Of a stretch of 64,000 nt of DNA, positions 10,296 to 19,740 are shown in pieces. Every line of letters begins with the position of its first letter. Position 1 is the first letter of the stretch. A model generated the notes under the pieces. It did not search any database, had not been told where the DNA came from, and was given only the letters and a program-made list of their open reading frames with translations. Source of the DNA: an uncultured Candidatus Rokubacteria bacterium (GTDB lineage: Bacteria > Methylomirabilota > Methylomirabilia > Rokubacteriales > CSP1-6); NCBI GenBank assembly GCA_963754315.1, contig CAVWFS010000007.1, forward strand, positions 416,001 to 480,000. The letters run 5' to 3'. Made by a program: the position numbers and the translations under genes.

Positions 10296-11306
10296 TCAGC
10301 TGACGTCTACCTCCACCTGGTGCACGGCATTGCGCCGCCCGGATATCGGCTGGAGCAGCCCGTGCATTCCCTCGGCCAGTGAGGCGAGGATCACCCGACC
10401 ACGCTGCTCCGGCGTCCACGAAATCGAGAATCGCTGCCACGCGCGGCCGTGAGGCGCCTCGAGCGCGGCAGGTTGCCATGCTGCCGCATCGTCAGTGCGC
10501 ACGTAGACTCTACGCACCCCACCATCCGCCCAGGCCCAACCCCAGATGTCACGCTCGGCCGACACCTCGATCATCTCCCGAGGCGCCGGCGAGACGATGA
10601 CCGACTCTGGTGCGATCGACCAGACCGGCATGCGTTCGCGGGTTGGGTGGCCGGTGCCATCCAGCACCGGGTCGTTGTACCAACGCGTGGTGAAGGGCCC
10701 CGGCGCCCGTCTCTCGGCCAATGTCATCCGGGTGAGCCATTTGACGCTGTTGGTTCCGTAAAAGCCCGGAACGACCAGACGCGCCGGGAAGCCGTGCTCG
10801 GCGGGCAGCGCGTGGCCGTTCATCTCGTAGCCAATGAGGACATCGGCCTCCGCACGGGAGATCGGAACGTCCTTGACGTAGGCATCGACCACGATGCCGC
10901 CGAACTCGCCGAAGTCAGCGCCGTACGACCAGATGTAGTGAGCGTCTGCCCTGGGCCGACAATCGGCCAGTATGTCGGCCAGCCGGGTCCCACCCCACGT
11001 GACATTGCTCGCGCGGCGCGTCGGCTCGAACGGCGCGAACGGACTGCCACAGCACTCATGAACGCTCACCAGCTCGGTCTTTGAATAGCGCACGAGGTCA
11101 CTGAACCGCAAGGTGCGCGGGTGCTCCACCAGGCCATCGATCGTCAAGGACCACCGATCCTGGTCGAGCCGCGGAACACCGAGGTGGCACAATACGAACA
11201 GGGTCTCCGTTGCCGTCAGTCGCTCCTGCATTTCGTGTGGGAGCAGCGGATCACGTTTGAAAGGGCCTTGCGGGTCGAGCCTCACCGGATTCACCCCGCC
11301 CGTCAT
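10296..11306 (-). CDS. Molybdopterin-dependent oxidoreductase (sulfite oxidase family)
   Basis: HECCGSP, YEMNG..LPAEHGFPARLVVPGFYGTNSVKWL; ATGA overlap with the upstream gene. Confidence 0.85.
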   Translation of the reverse strand: MTGGVNPVRLDPQGPFKRDPLLPHEMQERLTATETLFVLCHLGVPRLDQDRWSLTIDGLVEHPRTLRFSDLVRYSKTELVSVHECCGSPFAPFEPTRRASNVTWGGTRLADILADCRPRADAHYIWSYGADFGEFGGIVVDAYVKDVPISRAEADVLIGYEMNGHALPAEHGFPARLVVPGFYGTNSVKWLTRMTLAERRAPGPFTTRWYNDPVLDGTGHPTRERMPVWSIAPESVIVSPAPREMIEVSAERDIWGWAWADGGVRRVYVRTDDAAAWQPAALEAPHGRAWQRFSISWTPEQRGRVILASLAEGMHGLLQPISGRRNAVHQVEVDVS

Positions 11307-11779
11307 CGCTTCAGCCGGTGCAGAGCCAACAGAGCACAGAGAAACGAGGTTATGTCCAGGGGTTCTCTGAACCACGTCCAGAAGGTCCACCGGGCGACCC
11401 TCCCGGCAAGCTCAGCGGATGGGGCCGAATCAAGCGGCACCTTTTGAAACGCGAGCATCTCAGGAATGAAAAACAGGGCGCTCCACACGCGCATGACGGC
11501 ATAGGAGATCCCGGCAATCACGAGCAGCCGGCGGACGGTTCTATCGCGCCACGTCATCACCAGGGCGAGGACGATGAAAAGTGTGATCGCCACATGAACC
11601 GGAATCCAGAAGCGCTGAAGGGGTATCCCAGTTCCGGGTTGGATGATCGAGAATGACGAGGGCGGTGATCTGCTCCACATCGGGGCGAGGACGATCGACT
11701 CGAAGAGGCCGCCGCCAAGCGCGATGGCCAGGGAGAAACAGAGCATGATCAAGGAGGATAGTGCGATGACTGTCCTCAT
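11303..11779 (-). CDS. DUF1772-like membrane protein
   Basis: GGGLFE..VLAPMWS..PP.S and RVWSALFFIPEM motifs; four hydrophobic segments. Confidence 0.7.
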   Translation of the reverse strand: MRTVIALSSLIMLCFSLAIALGGGLFESIVLAPMWSRSPPSSFSIIQPGTGIPLQRFWIPVHVAITLFIVLALVMTWRDRTVRRLLVIAGISYAVMRVWSALFFIPEMLAFQKVPLDSAPSAELAGRVARWTFWTWFREPLDITSFLCALLALHRLKR

Positions 11780-12009
11780 GAGGCCCCTTCCTGGCGGTGG
11801 CCCGCTCCTCCAGAGTAACGCCGGGGCCGGCGCGATGCACCGGCACCCTCCCCGACCCTCCCGTTACCATGTGCGAAGGGTCCGCCGGCCCGCCGGCTCC
11901 GTAGGGGCGACCCGGATGCTGGCATGGGGTGTTGCGGACAGGTGATGTGAGAAGAACGTGGAGCGCCTAGTCTCCGAACGCGACCGTCGCAGACTTGTAA
12001 TTTGACGCG

Positions 12010-12702
12010 ATGCGATCCGTGGCGGAGCCTGATTCCATGACACACTACGGCGGTTTCAGGACAGGATCACCGCGCTGGCGCGTCGTCGTTGTCGACGACG
12101 ACGATCGCTCCCGCGCTACCCTCGGCACCGCGATTGCCAGCGCTGGGGGCTGGACGACAGCTGAGGGTACACGGTGTACGGGAGCGTTGGAGCTGATGCA
12201 GCGGGCGCCGGTAGACGTGGCCATCGTGGCCTCGGACTTGCCCGATGGTGACGCCCTGGCCGTGGCCGCGAAGGCCACAACCACTGTCGGGTGCCCCGTC
12301 GTTCTGGTTGGCCGAGCCGCGACCGCCTCACTGCTAGCGCGCGCGCTCGACGCGGGAGTCATGGCGTTCCTGATCAAACCACTGCGTCGCGGGCAGGTCG
12401 CCGCCACCCTGGACTTGGCCGTGGCCCGCTTTCGCGAGACACAGCGTCTCAAGCGAGCCCTGGAGGAACGCAAGGTGATCGAGCGCGCCAAGGGGCGCCT
12501 CATGGAGCGCGAGAATCTGAGCGAGGCCGAGGCCTTTCGACGTCTCCGCAAGACGGCCATGAACACCCGCCGCCCCATGGTCGAGGTGGCCGCCGACGTG
12601 CTCGCGGACGAGCGGACTCAGGTCTCGAACGCGTCTGCACCGGCGGGACCCTCGCGGTCATTCATCGGGGCTGGGCCCCGTCGGGAGCAATTTCCTGGGT
12701 AA
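12010..12702 (+). CDS. Receiver-ANTAR antitermination regulator (atypical receiver)
   Basis: VVDDD receiver start; LEERKVIERAKGRLM...LSEAEAFRRLRKTAMNTRRPMVEVA ANTAR domain; start uncertain. Confidence 0.85.
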   Translation: MRSVAEPDSMTHYGGFRTGSPRWRVVVVDDDDRSRATLGTAIASAGGWTTAEGTRCTGALELMQRAPVDVAIVASDLPDGDALAVAAKATTTVGCPVVLVGRAATASLLARALDAGVMAFLIKPLRRGQVAATLDLAVARFRETQRLKRALEERKVIERAKGRLMERENLSEAEAFRRLRKTAMNTRRPMVEVAADVLADERTQVSNASAPAGPSRSFIGAGPRREQFPG

Positions 12703-12795
12703 ATCCTGGGTGAACCCTGAGTGCCGAGCGGATGCTGCGCCGCTGTGCAGCGTCAGCGGAAACGTGGTCGCCGAGGCTGTCGTGCCCCCTCCGTC

Positions 12796-13509
12796 TCAGG
12801 CCATCATGAGGTAAGCCACGCCGAGAGCCACGAGAGCGAGCGAAACGACCAGTTCATGTCGCAGTGGCAGCGGAGGCGCGAACTTGTAGATGAGGACGAC
12901 GATGCCCAGGATCACCGCCCACCACACACTGGACATGCCGATGAGGACCATGACCACCATGAGGGCCGCGCTGCATCCAAGGCAGCTGAGGCCGTAGCGC
13001 GCGCCTGCGACAGCGGCGCTCCGCATCAGGTTGAAGGGAAGCGGCCCATGCAGCGCGCACAGTTCGCGGCAGCGGGCCTGGCTCGCCCGTTTGAGCGGAC
13101 TGACGGAGTAGACGCCGGCCAGAGCCAGAGCCAGTCCAATCACCACAGCCTGGTTGGGCCAGGGCATTCTCGCGGCCGTGTAGATCGCGTAGCACACCAC
13201 GCCGAAGATCAGCCACACGCCGAGGTACGTGACGGCAAGCACTCCAGTGGCGACCTGCCATCCCCTTCGCCCTTCGGCCGTCCGCGCGAACTCGAGGACC
13301 ACCGGGATCGCAGAGGGCAACATCATCGCCGCCATCATCACGACCCAGGTCGCGGCGAAGGACTCGATCGGGCCGAGGCCCATGTCCATTCCGGCCATGG
13401 CGCGCGAATGGTGGACCATGGCCGCCCAGGCCACGCCGGCGACCGCGAGGACGACCAATGCGGCCACCATGGGCTTGGCCAGTTCCTGTCCGGCGTCGCG
13501 GGCCTTCAT
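12796..13509 (-). CDS. DUF2182 predicted metal-binding membrane protein
   Basis: W.VMMAAMMLPSA.P, Y...PLK....RC, GARYGLSCLGCSAALM; start uncertain. Confidence 0.85.
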   Translation of the reverse strand: MKARDAGQELAKPMVAALVVLAVAGVAWAAMVHHSRAMAGMDMGLGPIESFAATWVVMMAAMMLPSAIPVVLEFARTAEGRRGWQVATGVLAVTYLGVWLIFGVVCYAIYTAARMPWPNQAVVIGLALALAGVYSVSPLKRASQARCRELCALHGPLPFNLMRSAAVAGARYGLSCLGCSAALMVVMVLIGMSSVWWAVILGIVVLIYKFAPPLPLRHELVVSLALVALGVAYLMMA

Positions 13510-13592
13510 CAGCACTCGGCACGCTGGACAGAATCCGCCCGGCCTCGCTTGCCGGGCGAGCCCGATCGTCGTAAGAAACCGCCTGCCGTACA

Positions 13593-14312
13593 TCAGGCCT
13601 GATACTCGTCGCGACGGCGAACCCACACATACGCCCCGGAATCGCCCTCATCGCGGCCCTTGGGGACGAGATCCATGTAGTGGTAGGCGACGTTCAACAT
13701 GTCGAGGCCACGCTCATAGGTCGAGTAGGTGTGGTAGATCTGGCCGCCGTCCTTCAGGAACACGCTGATGCCGGGTGCCTCAGTCGACCCCCACGGGCGA
13801 AGCCGGTAGTTGTAGTCGACCTTCTCGGCCGCATCGGTGAACGAGACGCGATAGTCCAAGTTGAAGTCGCTGCCGAGTGATGACAGCCACGGAAAGCCCC
13901 AGCCCATCCGTTTCTTGTAGGCGGCAATCTTCGCGTAGGGAGCCCGTGAGACCGCAGCCATTGTGATGTCGCGGTGGTTCAGGTGGACGGTGATACCGTT
14001 GAAGTTGTCCATCCAGAACGAGCAGACGAAACAGGCCGCGTCCTCCGTCCAGGGCGTATGGGGCCCGGCGGTGGCGGGGTCGAACATCGCGTGATAGATG
14101 ACCAGTTGGCCACGTCCCTCGAACAGGTCGCTGAGTGTCTGCGTCCCGTGCTCGCCCTCGAAGGTGTAATGCTTTTCGACGAGCTCCCAGGGCAGATCGC
14201 GCCGCTCCCGGCTGAGCTGGTCGCGCAGCCGGGTGAACTCCTTCTCCTTCGCCAGGTGCTTCTTCCGTGCCTTGAGCCACTCGTCGTGCTTCACCACTTT
14301 GTGGGTTGGCAT
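13593..14312 (-). CDS. DUF899 thioredoxin-like protein (second copy)
   Basis: EWLKARKKHLAKEKEFTR, CFVC, YHTYSTYERG, MDLVPKGRDE; GGAGG RBS. Confidence 0.9.
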   Translation of the reverse strand: MPTHKVVKHDEWLKARKKHLAKEKEFTRLRDQLSRERRDLPWELVEKHYTFEGEHGTQTLSDLFEGRGQLVIYHAMFDPATAGPHTPWTEDAACFVCSFWMDNFNGITVHLNHRDITMAAVSRAPYAKIAAYKKRMGWGFPWLSSLGSDFNLDYRVSFTDAAEKVDYNYRLRPWGSTEAPGISVFLKDGGQIYHTYSTYERGLDMLNVAYHYMDLVPKGRDEGDSGAYVWVRRRDEYQA

Positions 14313-14454
14313 GTGATCCCTCCTTCTCGAGCTCTCTGGACGTGGGTCTTCAGAGTCCGAGCAGCGGCGGGTGGCGAACTCCTCGCTCGGTTCGCTCGCG
14401 GTCCCGACTCATCGCCGCAGCCCTTTGATCTTCTCGGCCAGGATGCCGGTGAAG

Positions 14455-14770
14455 TAGAGTTGACCCGGTTTCGTGGACACCCCATGGTTTGGGGGAAAGG
14501 ACCGTCCACGATTCCGAAGAGCCATCGGCCGTACCCGCCGGAGTTTCGGCAACCATCATCGATTTGGTGCGGAAGGGGCTAACGCCGGAAGAGCTGGCGC
14601 GCCAGTTTGAACCCTGGGCCGAGGCGATCCGCAACTGAGTGCGGCAGGCCGACCGCGATGACGGCCGGCGCCAGGACGGTCTGACGACGGTAGAGCAGGA
14701 AGAGCTGCGCCGGCTGCGGCGCGAGAATCACGCGCGCCGGGAAGAGCGGGAGATCCTAAGAAAAGCCGGT
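14455..14770 (+). mobile_element. IS3-family remnant (left end plus decayed orfA)
   Basis: GAGTTGACCCGGTTTCGTGGACACC IR-like end; PKSHRPYPPEFRQ...RQADRDDGRRQDGLTT.EQEELRRLRREN...EREILRKA with stops and shifts; no orfB. Confidence 0.8.
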
Positions 14771-14859
14771 TCGATTCGTTGCCCATCGCACCCTGTTGGT
14801 CCTGAGATCCATTTTGCGCCAGGTAGCGAACGGCGGGAGTTACAAGTGTGACGGGATTC

Positions 14860-14966
14860 CGATGGGCTCGCTGATCACTGCTGCGGCGCGTGGCCGCTGC
14901 GACTCCTAGCGGCAGTCGGCCTCGCCGCCGAGCCGCTGCCGGCTCCCCCAGTCTCGCCCGCCTAAC
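14860..14966 (+). mobile_element. Possible C-terminal remnant of an IS91-like transposase
   Basis: LIT...VAA..LAAVGLAAEPLPAPPVSPA* resembles IS91-type C-termini; GC-rich tail follows. Confidence 0.3.
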
Positions 14967-15180
14967 CCCCGCTGATCACGCTTCCCACCGCGCCGCCGCC
15001 GATCCAACCGTCCGCCGCCGTCGGGGAAGGGTCCTTGCCCTCCCGCGCCGACGTCCGGCCGCAGTTGCCGGCCCGACGGGCCACGCTAAGGCGCCCGTGG
15101 CGGCCGAGGGGCGGGCAGGGCTGAGCGGCGCGGGGGCAAGGGGGCGGTGAAACGGTGAAACTTGCCTAGGTTCTAGCGAA

Positions 15181-15207
15181 TGTCGATCTCAGGCCGGGTC
15201 GCTCGAC
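15181..15207 (+). promoter_or_regulatory. ECF42-type promoter TGTCGA-N17-CGAC(TAT)
   Basis: TGTCGA tctcaggccgggtcgct CGACTAT. Confidence 0.65.
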
Positions 15208-15219
15208 TATCCAGCGGGA

Positions 15220-15650
15220 GGAACCGCCGAAGCCTCATCCCGAACTTCGGCGCCTTGAGCCATTGGTTGGCACATGGAAAACGAAGGACCACACACGCGA
15301 TAGCGTCCTCGGCCCGGGAGTCACGGTAGAGAGCATCGAGACGTTCGCGTGGCTTGATGGCGGCTACTTCCTGGCTAGCGCGTATGAAACGCTACGACTC
15401 CGACACCAACAGGTTCAGACCTGCTTCTTCAGTAACAACGGGCCGTATGACCCTGCAGGGAACGATACCTAGGCGAAGTCACAGGGGACGAGCTCACGTT
15501 CGTCGGTCCAGCCAGATTTCAGTACCACTTGGGGAGGGACGGCCAAATAAGACCGAACGCGGATGGTTCGATTAGCGTCGCGTGGTGGTTACGTGATGAT
15601 CACGGCAATTGGCGGCCGTGGATGAGGAACACATTCGTTCGAGTCAAGTC
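15220..15650 (+). pseudogene. DUF1579-like protein, disrupted
   Basis: PHPELRRLEPLVGTWKT...ETFAWLDGGYFL...FFSNNGP...WWLRDDHGNWRPWM with an internal stop and deletions. Confidence 0.65.
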
Positions 15651-15760
15651 GAGCGATACGGGCCAGTGACGTGCGGGTCAACCACAATCAGCCACAGACG
15701 AGCCGGGTCACCGTCGACCGGTAGCCTAGCAACGATCCCACGCTTGAAAGGACACCGGTC

Positions 15761-16333
15761 GTGAGGAAGATCATCGCCGCCCTGGTGGTCTCGGTGGACG
15801 GTTTCATCGAGGGACCCAATGGGGAACTCGATTGGGTCGACACGTGGGAGGATCCGTTCGATCTGCTTCCCCAGATCGACACGTGCATCCTCGGCCGCCG
15901 GATGTATCCCGGCTACGAGCAGTACTGGGGTGCCATCCTGGCCAACCCCGAGGGCGTCTTGCCCTTCACCGGCAAGGTCGCGACAAAGGGCGAGATCGCG
16001 TACGCCCGCTTCGCGGAAAGAACGCCCCATGTCGTGCTGTCCAGGACGTTGGACAACGTCGCCTGGAAGAACACGCGGATCGTTCGAGACGTCGAAGAGA
16101 TCCGACGAATGAAGCAGCAGCCCGGCAAGGACATGCACGCCGTCGGCGGCGCCACGCTGGTTTGCAGTCTGATGAACCAGCGCTTGATCGACGAGCTCCG
16201 GCTGGTCGTGCATCCCATCGTCCTCGGTGGAGGAAAGGCGCTGTTCAAGGACGTAAAGCAGCGGCATGCGTTGACGTTTCTTGGGGCCAGGCCGTTAGCG
16301 TCGGGCTTGGTCCGTCTGAATTACAGCACGTAA
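15761..16333 (+). CDS. Dihydrofolate reductase/RibD C-terminal family protein
   Basis: VSVDGFIEGPNGELDW, LGRRMY, GGATL..SL....LIDELRL.VHPIVLGGGKALF. Confidence 0.9.
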   Translation: MRKIIAALVVSVDGFIEGPNGELDWVDTWEDPFDLLPQIDTCILGRRMYPGYEQYWGAILANPEGVLPFTGKVATKGEIAYARFAERTPHVVLSRTLDNVAWKNTRIVRDVEEIRRMKQQPGKDMHAVGGATLVCSLMNQRLIDELRLVVHPIVLGGGKALFKDVKQRHALTFLGARPLASGLVRLNYST

Positions 16334-16350
16334 CCTTTTCCTTCTCGATG

Positions 16351-16421
16351 CCGCCCGACCATCGCTTCCAGCCGACGTGCCGCCTCCGGCCGGCACGCGG
16401 CTGAAGCGGGGCGTCCGGCGG
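16351..16421 (+). repeat. Integron attC-like site
   Basis: R'' GCCCGAC, 5-nt spacer, CTTCCAGCCGACGTGCCG / loop / CGGCACGCGGCTGAAG, 6-nt spacer, R' GTCCGGC; arms pair with two extra bases (C, A) on the left arm. Confidence 0.75.
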
Positions 16422-16468
16422 ACAGCACCCAGTGATGTTCGCTCCTCGCGGCTTGGCAAGGAGGTAGC

Positions 16469-16739
16469 ATGGACGACGACCTCGAAATGATGACGCGCGA
16501 GCAGCTGATTGGTGAGGCGAGGCGGTTGCGCACGGGGATCCGGGTCACACCGGGACGGCACCGGACACGCCCTCTGCTGGCATCACCCGGCGCTTTGGGG
16601 CCTCCTACCCGAGAAGACCGACCCGCTGCCGACGGTCCCTACGTGGCCGGAGTTTCTCCGGGGCTGCCTGCGGTACCGCCAGTCCCTGGACGATCAGCTG
16701 CCTGATGCGCCCCGCTCCGACGCGCCGTATCAGCCGTGA
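16469..16739 (+). CDS. Small cassette-like hypothetical protein (frameshift near 16545)
   Basis: GGAGG RBS; MDDDLEMMTREQLIGEARRLRTGIR joins HRDGTGHALCWHHPALWGLLPE...FLRGC in the next frame; lies between two attC-like sites. Confidence 0.75.
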
Positions 16740-16771
16740 CCGTGGGACGACGAGCGCGGATGCTAAGGGCC

Positions 16772-16842
16772 GCCGCACATCATTGGAGCGGCCCGCTGGC
16801 CCGCGTACGCTCGCCGCAGCCGCTCAGCGCGAGCAATTCGGC
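16772..16842 (+). repeat. Degenerate attC-like site
   Basis: GCCGCAC...TTGGAGCGGC...GCCGCTCAG...ATTCGGC; imperfect arms with one extra base. Confidence 0.55.
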
Positions 16843-16892
16843 GACAGTAGAGATGGGCATGAGCTGGAGAATCCTCTAGGCTAACAAGCGCC

Positions 16893-18233
16893 GTGTACCC
16901 CGAGACGCGTTACGCCAAGAGCGGTGACGTCCACATCGCCTACCAGGTGGTCGGCGACGGTCCCCGCGATCTCGTGTTTGTCCCGCCCTTCGTCTCCCAT
17001 ATAGAACACTACTGGGAGGAGCCCTCACTGAGCCGGTTCCTCACCCGGTTGACGTCCTTCTCGCGGCTGATCCTGTTCGACAAGCGAGGCACCGGGCTCT
17101 CCGACCGTGTCCCAACCAACGCTCTCCCCGACCTCGAACAGCGAATGGATGACGTTCGGGCCGTCTTGGACTCCGTCGGCGCGCAACGGGCAGCTCTGTT
17201 CGGTCCGTCGGAGGGTGGCCCGATGAGTGCGTTGTTCGCGGCGACCTATCCGGAGCGCAGCACGGCGCTCATCCTGTACGGCACGTTTGCCAGTACGATC
17301 CGCGATTCTGCCTATCCCTGGGCCATGGACCCCGAAGAGCGCCGACGGCTCATCGAGGCCATGCCGGAGACCTGGGGCCGTGGGCTATATGTAGACCTGC
17401 TGGCTCCGAGCCTGGCCTCGGACCAGCGATTCAAGAACTGGTGGGCCCGACTAGAACGCCTGGGAGCGAGCCCCGGAGCGGCAGTGGCGTTGCGTCGGAT
17501 GAACGGTCAAATCGACATCCGGCAAGTCCTGTCCGCGATTCGCGTGCCCACGCTCGTCGTGCATCGGTCGGGCGACCAGGATTCGTCGGTCGAAGAGGGC
17601 CGGTTCTTGGCAGCGCGGATTCCGGGAGCGCGCTTCGTCGAGCTGCCCGGCGTGGATCACCTTCCGTGGGTCGGCGACCAGGACGCCATCCTCGAGGAAG
17701 TCGAGGAATTCCTCACTGGCGTACGGCACGGTGCCGAACCCGACCGAGTGCTCGCCACGATGCTCTTCACGGACATCGTTGGCGCGACGGAGCGCGTGGC
17801 AGAGCTCGGCGACCGGCGCTGGGCGGAGCTCATCACGCAGCATCACGCGCTCGTCCGCCAGCAGCTCGAGCGCTTCCGGGGCCGCGAGATCGACACTGCG
17901 GGGGACGGATTCCTCGCGGCGTTCGATGGTCCAGCGCGAGCCGTCCGCGGCGCCTGCGCCATTGGCGACGCCGTGCGAGTACTCGGTCTCCGCATCCGCT
18001 CGGGACTCCATACCGGAGAGTGCGAGGTGATCGGCGACAAGCTCGGTGGCATCGCCGTGCATATCGGAGCAAGGGTCGCCGCGCTCGCCAAGCCAGACGA
18101 GATCCTCGTCTCCAGCACGGTGAAGGATTTAGTGGCGGGATCCGGGCTTCGTTTCCAGGATCGCGGCGTCCACACCCTGCGCGGTGTGCCCGGGGAGTGG
18201 CGCCTTTTTGCCGTAGAGCGAGTGGAGCGCTAA
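16893..18233 (+). CDS. Alpha/beta hydrolase-class III adenylate cyclase fusion (LipJ/Rv1900c-like)
   Basis: FDKRGTGLSD, GPSEGG nucleophile elbow, LFTDIVGAT, DTAGDGF, GIAVHIGARV. Confidence 0.92.
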   Translation: MYPETRYAKSGDVHIAYQVVGDGPRDLVFVPPFVSHIEHYWEEPSLSRFLTRLTSFSRLILFDKRGTGLSDRVPTNALPDLEQRMDDVRAVLDSVGAQRAALFGPSEGGPMSALFAATYPERSTALILYGTFASTIRDSAYPWAMDPEERRRLIEAMPETWGRGLYVDLLAPSLASDQRFKNWWARLERLGASPGAAVALRRMNGQIDIRQVLSAIRVPTLVVHRSGDQDSSVEEGRFLAARIPGARFVELPGVDHLPWVGDQDAILEEVEEFLTGVRHGAEPDRVLATMLFTDIVGATERVAELGDRRWAELITQHHALVRQQLERFRGREIDTAGDGFLAAFDGPARAVRGACAIGDAVRVLGLRIRSGLHTGECEVIGDKLGGIAVHIGARVAALAKPDEILVSSTVKDLVAGSGLRFQDRGVHTLRGVPGEWRLFAVERVER

Positions 18234-18300
18234 CGCTGGGAGTGAGAACATGGACAAGAACAAAGGAACTCCCGGTGAAGGGGAAAGAGTGGAGGCTGCC

Positions 18301-19509
18301 ATGACCACGACCGTCATCTACGGCACACGCGTGACCGAAATCCCCGACGCCTCGACTGACCGAGGCGGACTCTGGCTCTCCTTCGCCGACTTCGAGAGAG
18401 CGACGGGCTGGGAGCAGAAGCCACAGGGCCTCTGCCTGGGCGAGACCTGCGTCCCGATTCCCCCGGGAAAGCAGTGGATCGACGAGCGCCCCGGGCGGAT
18501 CGACCTCGCCGCGTTCGCTGAGCACCTTGGGCAGCCAGCCGTCACAGATGCGGCGAACGGCGTCTGGGCTGCCGGTCCTGCGACCTCCCCAGCGCCCCCG
18601 CGCAGCGTCGAGGCGCCCGACTTTACCCTTCCCGATCTCGACGGAAACATGCACTCCCTCGCCGACTATCGTGGGAAGAAGGTGCTCCTACACTGCTGGG
18701 CCTCTTGGTGAGGTTGCCGCCACGACCTGCCGGTCTGGCAGGGCATCTACGAGGAAACCCGGGATCAGGGGTTCGTCATCCTCGCCATCGCGTTGGACAT
18801 CGCTGGCGCAGCCGTCGTGCGCGACTTCATCCGCCCCGCTGCGGTCGGCGACATGCCCCAGACGATCCTCGACATCATGGGCTGGGACGCGGAGTTCTCG
18901 AAGCGCACCGGCGTGCCGACGTATCCGTGCTTGATCGATCGCGAGCACGTCGTCGCGGAGCTCTATAGCATGGTCAACGTGCCGACCGCAGTCTGGATCG
19001 ACGAGGCGGGACGGATCGTCCGGCCGCCCGAGCCAGCGGGGATGAGCGACGGCTTCCGGGCGATGAACACGACAACCTTCGAGATGCCCGCCGAGGCTGC
19101 CGCCGACAACAAGCGCCGCCGGCGGATCTACGTCGATGCGCTCCGCGACTGGATCGCGAAGGGCGTGAAGAGCGAGCATGCACTCTCGCCCGAAGAGGTC
19201 CAGCGGCGGATGGCGGGTCCGACACGAAGCGAGGCTCTCGCGGACGCGCACTTCCGGGTCGGCGCGCATCTTCACCGCTCCGGCAGGCCGCACGCCGCGC
19301 GGCCACACCTCGAAGAGGCGGTCCGCCTCCGACCGGAGAGCTGGAGCTTCCGGCGGCAGGCGATCGTGCTCTCGGATCCGGCCCTCACTGGCCAGGTCGC
19401 GGCCACGCCGGAGTATTGGCAGGCGGTGATGGCGCTCGGCGACGGACATTACTATCCGCCGATCGAGATGAGTAGGATGCCGCCGCCCTTCCGAAGGGCG
19501 CGCGGCTGA
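18301..19509 (+). CDS. TlpA/ResA-like redoxin selenoprotein (WASW-U-GC), UGA at 18709-18711 read as Sec
   Basis: ORFs ending at 18711 and 19509 share a frame; APDFTLPDLDG...KKVLLHCWASW*GCRHDLPVWQ; SECIS-like hairpin follows; GGAGG RBS before 18301. Confidence 0.88.
18726..18742 (+). promoter_or_regulatory. Bacterial SECIS-like hairpin
   Basis: CCTGCC-GGTCT-GGCAGG; the loop starts 21 nt after the UGA. Confidence 0.75.
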
Positions 19510-19691
19510 GCGACCGGCGGAGACCGGCGTCCGGCCGACTGAACAGGCGGATAGTGACGAGAACGGGTCAAAAACTGAGGCAAAACTCGGATCACGCAAC
19601 GCGCAGAATCGACAACCGCGCCAGCAGCGAACGCGCGCATAATCGCTGCCGATTCTGCTCGATGCTGGCCGATGCTGCGCCCTTGGTGAAG

Positions 19692-19740
19692 TGACTCTTA
19701 ATCAGCGGGTCCACGGTTCGAGTCCCCTTACGGCCCACCA
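19692..19740 (+). tRNA. 3' half of tRNA-Lys(CTT), non-functional; att-like scar
   Basis: TGA-CTCTTAA-TCAGC GGGTC CACGG TTCGAGT...GGCCCACCA; no D-arm or 5' acceptor strand upstream; T-stem mismatched. Confidence 0.8.

Noticed and set aside
16469..16705. Further stop-codon readthrough candidates
   Set aside because: The other split genes change frame (indels); only 18709 is an in-frame UGA at a Cys position with a hairpin.
19660..19740. Intact tRNA-Lys
   Set aside because: No D-arm or 5' acceptor strand upstream, and the T-stem is broken.
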